From assembly GCA_043228905.1 (NCBI GenBank), contig JBHGNT010000020.1, positions 4,216,001-4,280,000 on the forward strand: a DNA stretch of 64,000 nt. Direction: 5' to 3'. The DNA is from Azolla caroliniana (lineage: Eukaryota; Plantae; Polypodiophyta). The notes beneath the pieces were generated by a model, which saw nothing but the letters and a program-made list of their open reading frames with translations, was not told where the DNA came from and did not search any database. The first letter of the stretch is position 1; each line of letters opens with the position of its first letter. Made by a program: the position numbers and the translations under genes. This document shows, piece after piece, positions 35,616-49,710 of the stretch.

Positions 35616-36914
35616 ATGGGAACGACAAAAGAAGAAGAACAAGAAGAAGAAGATATATCTACTGTAGTTACTACTCTTCAGAACGCAGTTGATCCATCAA
35701 CACAACATCGATGGAGTGAATCAGAGACCATTAGCCTCATTAAGGCATATAAAGAGAGGTGGTATCTTTTAAAGAAGGGCCAACTCAAGGCGAGACACTG
35801 GGAAGAGGTAGCGAATAAGGTTTTCGTGTCTTGTGGAGGATCTGAACCGAGTAAATCCTCGGTTCAATGTCAACACAAGGTTGAGAAGCTTAGAAAGAGG
35901 TATCGAGAGGAGAAACAATTAGAAGAAGAACGAGGAATCGGGTATTCTTCTCCGTGGCCTTACTTTGGACTTATGGTTGACATGGAAGAAGGGGGACAAA
36001 ACAGGAAGAGGACTCTCGCTTCTACATCTCCTGGAAATCGTCAAGCAGACAAAGTAGCTGCTGGGAAAAATCATCCAATGGAGAAGATTAGTTCATGTGG
36101 AAATCTTCAGGTGGACAAAAGTTTGGTTGGAAATCGACATGTGGAAAAAGTTCCAGTTGGTAGTCGGCCGCTCCACAAAAGCTTGGTTGGAAATTGTCAG
36201 CCAGCTAAAACTCCGAGCGGAAATGGTCGATCTTCACAGAGTACTCATGGTGTTCAATGGAAATCAGAAGATTGCAGCACTAGAGGGTATCACTCTACTG
36301 TGAGATTCAAAGATGATTATGAGGAGGAGGATGAAGAAGAGGAGGAGGAGCAGGATGATGAGGATGATGCCGATTATGATGGCCGAGATACAATTAGGCG
36401 ACCAAAAAGAAGAAACTCGCGTAATACAAGTAGCAAAGGTGGAGCAACACGTGCGCCTCGTAAAACCTCTTCTCATCGTAATCCTCAACCAAAGGTATTT
36501 AAAAGTAATGGAAAAGATGATGGTTATGCTGGAGAAGAGAATCATGGACCAGTATTATTCAAAAGCTATGATGAAAACAATGCGGATAATGGAGAAGATA
36601 ATGGTCGACCACAGTTATTCAGAAGCTATGGAAACGATTATGCATATGATGGAGAAGATACTATAGAAGATGGTATGTTCGCTGAACGAATGAACATTGA
36701 ACTTGCTTCTGTTGTGCGCTCTATTGGAGAAGGATTCTTAAGAATTGAACAAATGAAGCTCGAGATGCATAGAGACAATGAAAGGCTGAGAGCTGAGGTG
36801 GAACTCAAACGCACTAGTATGCTTTTAGATTCGCAGAAACAAATCTCAGAAATGCTTACAAGAGCTTTAACTGGGAAGAAAGGTGTCAAAAAGCGCCAGC
36901 TCCAAGAATTGTAA
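35616..36914 (+). CDS. Trihelix transcription factor, SIP1/ASIL-type (Myb/SANT-like DNA-binding domain plus C-terminal coiled coil), 432 aa, no intron in the CDS
   Basis: WSESETISLIKAYKERW..LKARHWEEVA..KSSVQCQHKVEKLRKRYREEK..SPWPYF; acidic tract; C-terminal LASVVRSIGEGFLRIEQMKLEM..E..R..ELKRT..LL.SQ motif. Confidence 0.93.
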   Translation: MGTTKEEEQEEEDISTVVTTLQNAVDPSTQHRWSESETISLIKAYKERWYLLKKGQLKARHWEEVANKVFVSCGGSEPSKSSVQCQHKVEKLRKRYREEKQLEEERGIGYSSPWPYFGLMVDMEEGGQNRKRTLASTSPGNRQADKVAAGKNHPMEKISSCGNLQVDKSLVGNRHVEKVPVGSRPLHKSLVGNCQPAKTPSGNGRSSQSTHGVQWKSEDCSTRGYHSTVRFKDDYEEEDEEEEEEQDDEDDADYDGRDTIRRPKRRNSRNTSSKGGATRAPRKTSSHRNPQPKVFKSNGKDDGYAGEENHGPVLFKSYDENNADNGEDNGRPQLFRSYGNDYAYDGEDTIEDGMFAERMNIELASVVRSIGEGFLRIEQMKLEMHRDNERLRAEVELKRTSMLLDSQKQISEMLTRALTGKKGVKKRQLQEL

Positions 36915-36989
36915 ATTCCTTCTAGAAAGGTGAAATTTCTGGGTTTTATACTTATACATATACATACACATATATGCATGCTATATACC

Positions 36990-37445
<456 letters not shown>

Positions 37446-39009
37446 CATATGTATATCCATCTGCATCTGCATGTAGACACATACACGTACCCCCATACAT
37501 GCACATACACATATTTTGCTTGTATTTATTACAGATAAATTTTCTAGCTGCTTTTCTCCTTTTTTGTGTTCTTGTTTTCTTGTCTTGTAGATTGTTTCCT
37601 TCTATATTTGTAGCCTGGTTAGTCAATGGAATTGCATCATTCTATATCTTTGATAGTGTAATATTTCATTTTGGGAGAGGGCATATTCCTATCCCGATCT
37701 GCTTTGCTAATTTGTCTGATTCTTCTTTTTGTGTTGTAGTTTTGCAAGCTGGGAAACCAATGGTATTACATCTCAATTGTAATATTTCATTTGGATATTG
37801 CAATTATAAGATTGGGCATATTCTTCTTTAAAAACAATGGTGTCATGGAGCTAATTTTTTTGATGATTAGCTCTTACGGATGTAATGAAACACAATAGGT
37901 ATTCAATGATCCAGATAAGCAGTTTCCATCATGGATTTACATTAATTTTGGACTTTCATTTTTAAAGGAATGTAGGATATATGCTAGGTCAAATGTATGA
38001 TGTATATGTGAACGCGGATACACTGGTATTGAGATGAATGATGATCCTAACTTTTATCGGTTCAAGGATTTTTTGTCACTCAGGAGTGGATGTAATATGA
38101 ACACCTTTCGTGTGGTAAACATTTGCTTTATTTTTGCTTTATGTAATGACAAAGACTTTATTTTTTCTTTTGTTTATAAGAAATGACTGTTGGGTTCAAT
38201 AAGTTGATTTTACAAAGAGTTGGTCTCACCTTGGTGTGTCATTGCAATTCTATTCTTCTTCAACCACTAGATTGATGATCCATACATTATGTGTAGCTAT
38301 TGTACTCACAAAAAATGTCAAGGAAATACTAGAGGGAAAGTATTGCTTCCGTTTCTTGAATAAAGCCACGCAATTGGAAGATGGAAAACACTGACGATAG
38401 TTTCTGAATTTCCTCTTCGACCAGGTATAAGTAGGGACTCATTTGGTAGCAATGCTGTTCATTGACTTGGTGTTGGCATACCCTCGTAGCTCAGCTGAAA
38501 ACTGTCTTTGACTCTTGATGTAAAGTTGTGAGGCTATCCTTGATAGTAGAGGGGAGATGAGTGACAATATTTAAAATTCAATGCAGAATTTTTTATGATT
38601 CCATGATGCAATGGATCTACAGTGCTAAACACTGTGGCCCTTATTTGAATACTATGTTGAAATAATCGTGCAAATCGGAAGGCAGCAATAGGCATTGTTT
38701 TTTACTCAATTCGCTTAATGTTTGTTGTGATTTGTGGATATCTTCTATGCACAAGTTTGTGGCCCTACTATAATTTAAATGGTGTGAGGCATATATCAAG
38801 TCAAAGGATTTAGTTGGTTGGCATCCCCTTTCATAATGTGTTCCTATGTATTTATTAGATAGCGAATTGGGTAACTTTTTTACAAATCTACGATGCTCTC
38901 CATTGCTACAAAATGTGGTCTCAATGACAATGTTGAGTAGTAAAAATTGTTAGCATTGGTCACTTGTCTCCAACTACTTTGTGAATATGTTTCACTTTGG
39001 TTCCTATGA

Positions 39010-39500
39010 AAGCAAAAGGTCATTCCGATTAACTCCTTTGAGATGTACACCGCCATCAAAGAGCTTGGACAGAGAGGACGGTTGAAGGACACATGAAGTA
39101 CAAGACCATGGACAAGAAGGTGAAGCCTGTGATAGCTCCCTTGCTAGACGATAGTTGGCGACAGATAAAGGGAGTAGCAACAGATTCTAGCTTGCAAACC
39201 CACGGTGCATAGGACACCAGTTCATCGACAAGACGTGACGACCAAGGACGAGAATGCCACTACGAGTGGTTAGCAAGGAGGATCAGACAACGGTGGTGTC
39301 TAAATTCCATGAGAATCCTTGGGAGGGCCATAGAGGAACCTAGGAAGCTTTTGAGAAGCAGGAATATGCAAGAATGTGCAAGGATGTCGCCCATTTTATG
39401 GGGACATGCGAAACCTATCAAATACTTTCAAACACATGACATAGAGATGAGTTGCACCCAACCTACCCACTTACCATACACTTTAAATGGATGGTAGATA
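39010..39500 (+). mobile_element. Collapsed remnant of the Trp-primed Ty3 lineage (pre-RT and integrase pieces)
   Basis: KYKTMDKKVKPVIAPL, HENPWEGHRG and LHPTYPLTIHFKWMVD match ORFs 20934-21587 and 17545-19185. Confidence 0.75.
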
Positions 39501-39780
39501 TGGATAGTCAAGGTAATGGCACAAGTGAACCCTTTGACATCGACATTTTTGTCACACTGTCTAATCATGAGGATAGCCATGGTCTTGATCTCAAACTCCT
39601 ACACATAGATCCACCGCACAAAGGAGGCCTAGGGGACGACAGGGACATTGAAATACAAGTCCTAATCAGGAAATTACAAAGGAAGAGCAAAAAGAGTTCA
39701 CGAAGGACATCAACAAAATTGAAATTGTTTGAAACATCTCTGATTCATGATTCTATATTTGAGTCCACAAGAGGGGGGGA

Positions 39781-42700
39781 TGTACAAAGTTAGAAAGGTA
39801 AATTTCATGCGTACTTCGAATTTAATATTCTAAATTCCAATATGTGGATATTCAATATACTAACCTTGGAAGGGTGGGCAGGGAGATCTCTAGGTGAAAC
39901 CAACTATCCGTTGTTTATTCCCTTAAGACTCATTTGTACTTTTCATAACTAAATCTATAAAGTAATTTGCAAACTATCAACTAACTACATGCTAACTGTA
40001 AAGGAGATTCACTATAGACTCTAGAGTGTACCTTGCATGATCCTACTTGTGCCGCAAGGGAAGCAAGATCTCTTTCAAGACAATCTTTGTTCACCACTTG
40101 GTCTCGGAATCTCATTGTAGACCCTCAATGATGATGTACTTTTTGTGTTGGTAGGTCCACTATATCGGTTGTGTTGGTGTTGAGAATCAAGCTCAACCTA
40201 GTCTAGTGTGTGAACACACACCCTTGAGAGTGTGCACTCAAAGGTCAAAAGTCACCACTCTTATCCACACATTAACTATGTGTCATAGAATCATATTCTA
40301 TGACACATAACTAATGAGCTTTCACATTCCCCATGACCCATGAGCTTCGGTAGTTTACGAAGAGAGAGAGTGACTATATAAAGCACTCTTCTCCTACTTT
40401 GTAAGAGGTTCGGTTAATCTCCTTTGTAATATACATTGTCTTGAACATTCTATTCTTGTTTAAAATCTATCTATCTTGTGTTTCTCTCTCTCTCTCTCTC
40501 ATACACACACTCACAACACATATCTCTAGTCTATTCCGCTGCACAAGAATCACCACCGATTCTTTACATGGTATCAGAGCGATTTGGTAGCTCGATCTAG
40601 CCCACTCGCCTTATCGTGATCGTGTGTTGTGCTCTACGCCGACGTTCAAGAAGAACCGGCTCATCGCTATCGTAGTGCGACTACATAGCTCGTGTTCGAG
40701 ACAGAAGGAAAAGAAAAGAAGGAAGAAATCTACATCAACAATGAATACTCAAATGGGGAGTGCTCTCCCTAGCGAGAAGTTGGATTGCAACAACTTTGCA
40801 TCTTGGGAGTACAAGATGCACCAATACCTTGTCGGCCAAGGCTATTGGAGCTACATCAAAGGAGCACAAGAAAATCGGCCCAACCCGGAAGACGCCGACT
40901 ATGCAACATGGGAGCAAGCGGCAAGCCGAGTGATGTATTGCTTGGCGACATGTGTTCATGACCACATGCTCGGGTACATTCGAGAAGCCAAGACGCCGAA
41001 GGAAGCGTGGAAAAATCTACGAAAGATTTTCACCGCCAACACGACCGCGAGGAAGCTTTAACTCCGCCAAGAGTTGAACAAAATCCAACAACGGGACATG
41101 TCCATCACAAGCAACACCTTGAGGATCAAGGAGCTTTGTGATTCGCTCGGCTCAATAAGCGTCAATGTGGATGATGATGAGATGGTGCAAATATGCCTCG
41201 GTGGCCTTGCACCACGGTTCGGCTCGATGAGAACCGCCGTCCTAGCAAGGGAGAATCCTCCCTCTTTCTTTGATCTTCAATCTATGTTATTGGTCGAAGA
41301 GAATCATGTTCGAACAAGGAGAAACTCCTTGGAGGGCCACATGCTCTACACGCATTCGAATGGAGGAAGAGGATGCGGCCGAGCAAGAGGCCGATTCGGC
41401 CAAGGACGAGGTGGCGGACGAGGTCCGACTTACGACAACAACTTCTAAATTCGGCAACAAGACGGAAGCCATCGAGGAACCTTCGGAATAAGGGGGAGCT
41501 TCCATTCCAGTTCGAGTCGACAAAATTCGATCGAATGCGGTTATTGCGGAAAAATCGGCCACCATGAAGAAGAGTGCCGAAAGAAGAAGCGCGAGTCGGC
41601 TTCCACAAGCCAACAACTCACCAATTACGCCACCAACTCCGACTATGAAGATCATGGCAGAATGTTTGTAATGAGACATAGAGCAAATCCTATGTCGGCC
41701 TCTACTTCGACTAATGCCTCCAATCCGGAAAATGTATGGTTCGTCGACTCCGGTGCTTCGAACCATATGACGTCCCATCAAGAATGGTTCAAAGACTTTC
41801 GAGAGCCGGATCGACCCGTTTATGTCGAGACCGGAGATGACACCACTCATCCGATTCGGCATGTAGGCAATGTCCCATTCGGGAAAGAAGGTGAACAAAA
41901 TTGCATAAAAAATGTCTTACATGTACCCACCATAATGAAGAATTTGGTCTCGGTCAGCCAAATTGTGGAGCAAGGGATGCAAGTTCGATTCAACCAAGGA
42001 GGTTGCTTCATCGAGAAGGAAGGATGACTAATTGCTCGTGATCGAAGGGAAGGACAAATGTTTACCCTCGAAGCGAGCAAGGTAAAATCCGCCATGTTTG
42101 CAAAGGGCCTAAAACACAACACCGACATAGAGCTATGACATAAAAGAATAAGCCATATCAATCTTAACAAACTCAAGGCAATGCAATCGAAAGGAGTCAG
42201 CATTGGGCTCCCGACCTTCAAAGAGAAAGAGATTGAAGGAGTATGTGAAGCATGCCAATTCGGCAAGCAACATCGACACCTGTTCCCGAAGGAGAGGAAC
42301 ATGAGCAAAGGCCTATACGACGTAGTCCACTCGGATGTGTGGGGACCGGCACAGATGGCTACGTTCGGAGGATGTCGGTACTATGTTACCTTCATCGATG
42401 ACTTCTCTAGATACACATGGATCTTTCCCATGAGGATGAAGAGCGGAGTGTTTACACACTTCCAAAAATTCAAAAGCGAAGTCGAAAAGACAACTGGGCG
42501 TCATGTACGATGTCTTCGGTCAGATGGAGGAAAGGAATACTTCTCCGATGCGTTCACGGCATACCTTCGACAAGAAGGAATTCGGCGAGAATTCAGTTGC
42601 CAACACACACCATAACAGAACGGTGTAGCCGAACGCAAGAATCGGCACCTCCTCGAAGTAGCAAGGGCCATGCTAAATGAGAAGCATATGCCCAAGTCAT

Positions 42701-44950
42701 ATTGGGCAGAAGCTGCAAATACCGCCGTCTACCTCATGAACCGGTGCACAACATCCGGAGTGCACGAGGTCACCCCGCACAAGAAATACTATGGGAAGAA
42801 GCCAGATCTATCCCATGTAAGGATATTCGGCTCCATTGCATACATGCACATTCCCGATGAGAAGTGGCAGAAGCTTCACCCAAAATCAGAGAAGTGCATC
42901 CTCGCAGGATACTCACAGGAGCAAAAGGGGTACAAGTGCTTCAACCCCTCTACTCGGAAGACTCTTGTAAGTCGGGATGTCGTCTTTGACGAATCAACAT
43001 CATGGTACAAACTCGAGCCGACTCCTCCCGAACCATCTACGAACGACCTCGACACACAGAAGACGATGATCAACTAAGGTCAATACTCGAAGAGAGTCCG
43101 ATCTCAACTAGATTGAGCGGACCACAAGAGCCTCCGAGCAACCAAAGCTCATCTCGGCCAAGTCCAAAGATGGACAAAGGGAAGGCCAAAATGCTGGAAT
43201 ATGAGGACGATCACTTCGATGGCAACAAATCGACTCATTCACTCAATAGTGAGTTCGATGGCTTTGATGTGCCTCTTATGAGGTCACCTGGAGTTGAGAA
43301 AGCACTCACATCGGCAAATGAGAAACTCCGTCACTCCACCCGAGGGAAGAATCCGGTTAGCCAATTCGGCTACAACGACTATATGACATACCACTATGCC
43401 TTTATGATGAAAGTGGCAGCAGTTCGAGAACTAGAGAGCTTTGCCGAAGCCGCTAAAGATCCTCGATGGGTCAAAGCAATGAACGAGGAGATGCAAGCTC
43501 TCAACAAGAATGAGACATGGGATCTCGTCCCTCACTCACCGCACAAGAAGACAATCAGTTGCAGATGGATATACAAAGTGAAGTATAATGCTGACGGTTC
43601 CGTCAACCGCTACAAAGCTCGACTCGTAGCAAAGGGCTATGCACAAACACAGGGCATCGACTATGAAGAGACCTTTTCCCTGGTGGCAAAGATGACAACT
43701 GTGCTAACCGTGATAGCGCTTGTAGTAGCGAAAGGGTGGCACCTCCACCAGATGGATGTCAAGAACGCTTTTCTTCAAGGTGAATTAGAAGAGGAGGTGT
43801 ACATGGTACAACCACTCGGCTTCAAATCCAACATTCATCCGAAAGCCATCTACTGACTCAAGAAGCCTCTCTATGGCCTTAAGCAAGCACCACGTACTTG
43901 GCACTCAAAGATAACACAATATCTTCATTGAATCGGCTTTCGAATGTCAAAATCTGACAATTCTCTCTATGTAAGAAGCGATTCCGAAAGTTCCATCATC
44001 TTGTACATGGATGATCTGGTAATTGAAGGTGAGCATCTAATCGACATCAACAAGGTCAAATCCCTCCTGTCCAACAAATTCGAGATGATGGACATGAAAG
44101 AGCTCCACTACTTCCTTGGCATCGAGGTAATTCGGACTCCAGCTGGGATTATGATCTCCCAACGGCACTACATTCTCAACTTGTTATACAAGTTCGAGAT
44201 GATTGAGTGCAAGTCTGTGGCAACACCTCTTGACTGAAACCTCAAACTAGATGCCAATTCTGGCACCATAGAGTGTGAGCCGACTCAGTATCGACAACTG
44301 ATCGGTAGTCTTATCTACCTCACGATCAGTCGACCTGACCTGAGCTATCCAGTCGGCCTTCTTAGCTAGTTCATGCAAACGACACGAGATATCCATTTGG
44401 ATTGTGCTAAGAGAGTGCCACAATACGTGAGTGGAACGATGGACTATGACATTCTCTATAAGTCGGCCACACCAATTCAACTCGAGGGGTACATAGATGC
44501 CAACTGGGCAGGCTACAAAGCCGACCGACGATCAACCTCTGGTTTTGTCTTCTCCCTTGGAAGTAGAGCCATCTCCTGGAGTAGCTAATGAGCTTTCACA
44601 TTCCCTATGACCCATGAGCTTCGGTAGTTAATGAAGAGAGAGAGGGACTATATAAATCTCTCTTCTCCTACTTTGTAAGAGGTTCGGTCAATCTCCTTTG
44701 TAATATACATTGTCTTGAGCATTCTATTCTTGTTTAAAATCTATCTATCTTGTGTTTCTCTCTCTCTCTCTCATACACACACACACACACACACACACAA
44801 CACATATCTCTAGTCTATTCCGTTGCACAAGAATCACCACCGATTCTTTACAGTTGGCTTCACTCCCTATTGCCTCTAGCTTCCTCACTTATCCCAATAG
44901 TCACACAAATCGATGATGGCATAGGGGACTTGGTTGCAACTTCCTCACAA
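39781..44950 (+). mobile_element. Older LTR (after PPT agaggggggga) split by the copia at 40178; pieces 39781-40177 and 44858-~44950
   Basis: PPT followed by TGTACA at 39781. The host sequence resumes after the GTTGG TSD; the right end (...CACAACA) is tentative. Confidence 0.5.
40178..44852 (+). mobile_element. Near full-length Ty1/copia element, TSD GTTGG; 5' LTR 40178-40568, PBS 40569-40580, 3' LTR (44585-44852) 5'-truncated
   Basis: TGTTGAG...CTTTACA|TGGTATCAGAGC. Domains: gag (EKLDCNNFASWEYKM), zinc knuckle, PR (WFVDSGASNHM), INT (VHSDVWGP), RT, RH start. A deletion joins AISWSS directly to mid-LTR. Confidence 0.95.
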
Positions 44951-45124
44951 CAGTTGAGTTGGGCTTGACCAGTTGATGATGACATAGATGACTTGTTTGT
45001 AGCTTCTTTATGGCAGGTATGTTCGGTTCTCCTTTCTTTCCACATCTCTAGACTCATCCCGGTAGGGATCCTCATATTTGGAAATTTTGTAAAGAATCGG
45101 TGACGATTCTATGCAGCGGAAGAG

Positions 45125-45162
<38 letters not shown>

Positions 45163-48100
45163 ACACAAGAAAATACAGAAAAACAAAAAACTGTATTAAC
45201 ACTAGCAAGAATGAGCCAACACGGTTACTAAGAGAAGGAGAAGGTGCTTATGTAGTCACTTTCCCTCTAAGTTCTCTCACTGAAACGACCCCTTGGGAAG
45301 GAGGTCGAGCCTTAACTACTTAAAGAATATGTGTCATAGGATACTAACTTCTATGACACACTGGTTACTATACAAGGAGGTGGGGTGTTTTCACACTTGA
45401 GTGTCCTAGGTAGGGTGTGTTCTCACACATGGGAAGTTGTGTTTGATTCTCAACACGTCCCTTCAAAAAAAACTTTTGATCACCGGATCACTGGTTTGGA
45501 AAAGGTCTTTAGGTCAACTTTGAGTCGACTAGCTTCGGCTTCGGATGACCGATTCACTTTTAGTTGACTAGCTTTGGATGGCTAGTTCACTCTTGCTGCT
45601 CCTTACTCCCCTCCCCCTCAAGCTCGACTAGTTGACGGTCAAAAGACCTAGGGTTGTCGTGAATTGTTGTAGCTTGTCAATCCCAAGGCCTTGGTGAAGA
45701 TGTCGGCTGTCTGCAAGTTCGTGCTAATATGTTGTAGGTTGACATCCTCGGCCAGAACATGCTCTCAGATGAAGTGATAGTGCACTTTGACGTGCTTGGT
45801 CTGAGCGTGGAAAATTGGGTTCCGAGCCAGGTGAATGTTGCTCATACTGTCGCGGTAGAGGTGATGGGAATGCCTAGATCCTTCAAGATTCTTTTAAGCC
45901 AAACGACTTCACATGCGGTGACCGCTGCGCCCCTGTATTCGGCTTCTGTGCTCGACAATGTGACTATCAGTTGCTTCTCACGGCTCCAGGATATGGCTCA
46001 ACTACAGAGGGAGAAGAGAAACCTTGAGGTTGATCGTTTGTTGCCTTTGTAGCCGGACCAGTCGGCATTTGTGTACCCTTCGAGTCGTATCGGTGTGGCC
46101 GATTTGTAGAGGATGTCGTAATCTATGGTTCCACGCACATACCTTAGCACTCGCTTAGCATGGTCGAGATGGATGTCCTGCGGAGTTTGCATGAACTGGC
46201 TAAGGAGGCCGACCGGGTAACTCAAGTCGGGTCGGGTAATGGTGAGGTAGGTTAGGCTTCCGACTAGCTAATGATAGAGCATTGACTCACACTCTCTTGT
46301 GCTTGCGTCGACATCTAGCTTTAGGTTGCAATCGAGAGGGGTAGTGACGGGCTTACACTGTGTCATCCCAAACTTATAGAGACAATTAAGGATATAGTGC
46401 CTTTGAGAAAGCATGATGTCGCCAAGAGTCCGAATTACTTCTATTCCTAGAAAGTAATGGAGCTCCTTCATGTCTTTCATTTCAAATCGGCTGGAAAGGA
46501 GCTTCTTGATCTGCTCAATGTTTGTTGTTGTCCATAGGCCAGAAATATAAATACATTATGTAAACTCGCCGGTAGGTAGAATAGTAGGTGAGGAAATAGG
46601 TAGAACTAGAAATAGTCGAGTTTTTAGCCCTCACAATCAGCCGATGGCTCGGCTCTGTCTAAAGAGGAAAACTATATAAACTGAGATCGGCATACCTCAA
46701 TGGGGGGATTATCTAGAACATTTTAGCAAGATTAATAACGTAGCATTGAGCTCTGCACGAACTGTTTCCAGCCGAGAGCCGTGTACTGTAATCACTGTGA
46801 GCTTTATCATTTAATATAAGTTCCGCTCTTACTATTCTTTTATCTCCGTATTCTCCCCGTACTCATAAACCGAACTACGTTTATGCCTAACGGGTTGTAG
46901 TCCGTGTACGCTCCTCGTTCTTCTATCGTCTTCTCAGTGTAGAAGAGGCTTCCACGTAACACGATCCCTTGATACCGATAGCCTGTGAGGCCATCGAAGG
47001 TGTTTCCCCCAGAAACGGGTAACACAATTTGGCATGCCCGGTTACAACTGTAAGGTCACAGCGAACTACGTAGGAGGCAAACCCCAACCGCCATTACGGC
47101 ACCCAATCGCATCACGTGGTCCAGGCCACTTGCCTGACGTTCTGAGCTAGTCGAAGGAACTTCCGACTCGGCGGTCATTGACCAATCTTTCCAAGAACTA
47201 TCGAAGGTTCACCGGTTGCAATCCTCGCCACCCGATAACCAGTCGCGAGTTGATTCCGCACCGACCTCCCCGCTGAGCCCTCCAGAGGTCACCCAACTTG
47301 ACCCTAACCCTTTTTTGGCTTTACCTGAGGACCCGGATCTCGATACCATGCCTTACCCTTACCTACGATATACCGACGGCCTCGACGTGGAATCACACAC
47401 CCGTGCTTTCATGTCCACATGGCAGGCCAACCACTTGACGTAGCGGTTATCGGCTACCGAAATCGAGGCCTCCAAAATTGCGGAATTTTCTTTATCCCTC
47501 GATGGCCCGACTGCTCTATGGTACTCCTGCCTCGACATGGGGGAGTACCATCGACAACATAACACTGATTTCTCCATGGGCTCTTTGCAAAGCTCCCTTC
47601 CTCAGGAGGACAATTGTTTCCAACAAGCCCTCCAATGCACGGCTTGCTCAGGCTCAGGCCATCTGGCTCTCGAGTGCCCTCACCGGCCACACTGCCTAAT
47701 ATGTCAGTCTCGAGATCACACGATCGAACAATGTGAGTACAACATGCTCAACCGCACAACGACGGCTTCGGTTCGCCAGATCGAGCCATGCAATACATTC
47801 TCCCGGTAGGATGAACGTCAGTCATACCGACATCGGGCAAATGAGCGACCACGATCCCCGAATCTCCAGCGCTGCGATGACGACTACCATCGCAATGACG
47901 ACCGGTACCCCCACGACAATCGTAGGAGATCAGACGACCGTCGTGACCAGTACGACAACGACCAATATAGAGCAAATGATGAGTATGATCGGTATGACGA
48001 TGATCGGGATGACCGGTACAATCACGAAACCATAGAAGAAACTCTTATAGAGGTTCGCAGAACAATCAACGGCAGAACGACAATCATCGTTGCAACCCCC

Positions 48101-49710
48101 CTCCAAACATCCCGCACAACGCGCCACGGGCCAACACGCCTACACAAGCGGTCGAGAACCACTCACAACCTTTCCCACACACTGAGCACGGTGACACCAG
48201 CAACTCGGCATCCGTTACCTGCTTTAAGTGTAACCAACCCGGCCACTACGCTACCCAATGCCCAACCACAGACCGCGGCAAGGCCCCGGCTATGAATACT
48301 ATTATGGCCGACGTTCAACACATCACTACACATAGCAAGACCCAAGCCAGCCAATGGCAAGTACAAGATGACGTCCAACAAGCAGCCAAGGAATGGATTG
48401 AGACCACCAATAAAAGCAACGTGGCACGAATGCACACAGAGATGCAGGACGTGACCAAGCCTTGAAGTTAATGCTCTCCCATGCCCCTGTGGTACAACCA
48501 CCAGTCTGGTCGGAACCTTTTCACGTCTTCGTAGACGCATAAGATATAGCCATCGATAGTGCGCTCATGTAGCACACACCACCAAATTGGTACCGGCCAA
48601 TGTATTACGCTAGACGACGACTCTCGGCTGCGGAAAAGAACTACTCAACAACTGAACGCAAGGCCCTCGGTATGGTTTATAGTATCAACAAATTCTGGCA
48701 TTACCTCTTGGGCCCGAACTTCACATTCCACGTCGATCACTCGGCCCTCCTCTACTTGGTTAATAAGCAGGCCCTCACAGGTCGCCTGGCCCGATGGATG
48801 CTCCTGCCATAGGAGTTTGATTTTCAGATACAGCACCGACCTGACGTTCAACACGTCGTAGTTGACTACCTGAGCCGCCTCAAGTCAGGCAAACCAACAG
48901 AGTCCACGGACGATGATCTACCTGACGCCGCCCTTTTCAGTCTCGCAACGGTGCCAGACAAAAATGAGGATAAAAGGATCGTAGAGATGGCCCATTTTCT
49001 CAGCACCGGCCTTCCTCCTGACCATTTGACCCTCGACGCTCGGAAACGACTAGCTGTCAGGAGCCGAAACTTTTGTCTCGTCTCCGACAACCTCTACCAC
49101 AAAGGTTCGGATGGCATCTGGCGTCGTGCAATCCGTCAATTCGAGAAACCTGCAATCCTCCTGGAGGCACATCACGGAATCGTGGGGGGACATTATGTTG
49201 GAGAGGCCACGGCAAGAAAAATATGGCAGAGTGGCTTATGGTGGCCCACAACAAAAAAAGATGCTCATGAATTTTGTCAACAATGCGATCTGTGTCAACG
49301 CATGGGACAACCAACTGAGCAAGCCCAGATGCCGCATCAACCCATTCTTCCATTAGAGTCATTTCAAAAGTGGGGTTTAGATTTTGTAGGACCTTTCTGT
49401 CACGGATAGATCATAAGCTCAAGAGACAAGAAAGAAGATAGACAAATGGATGAGTAGTATTAACGGAAATACTCCATAACTGGTGTTGTTCACCTTGAAT
49501 TCCTTCAAGGTGAACTCCGCTATTTATACTACATGGCATGCATACTTGTTGCACGCATGTGAATCTACAATAGAGCATGTAGGTATGCATGCATGTGCCA
49601 AGTGTAAATACTACAAGGGAGCAATTATGCACATGATGCTAGCAAAATAATAAGGACCAATTACATGCATAACTGTGTACTAGATATATTGGTTAACCCA
49701 TGATACTATA

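Noticed and set aside
33061-36914. PIF/Harbinger two-gene element (transposase plus Myb/SANT protein)
   Set aside because: The transposase motifs are MULE-type rather than Harbinger DDE. The Myb/SANT ORF has the C-terminal motif of host SIP1/ASIL trihelix factors and is intact while the transposase is decayed.
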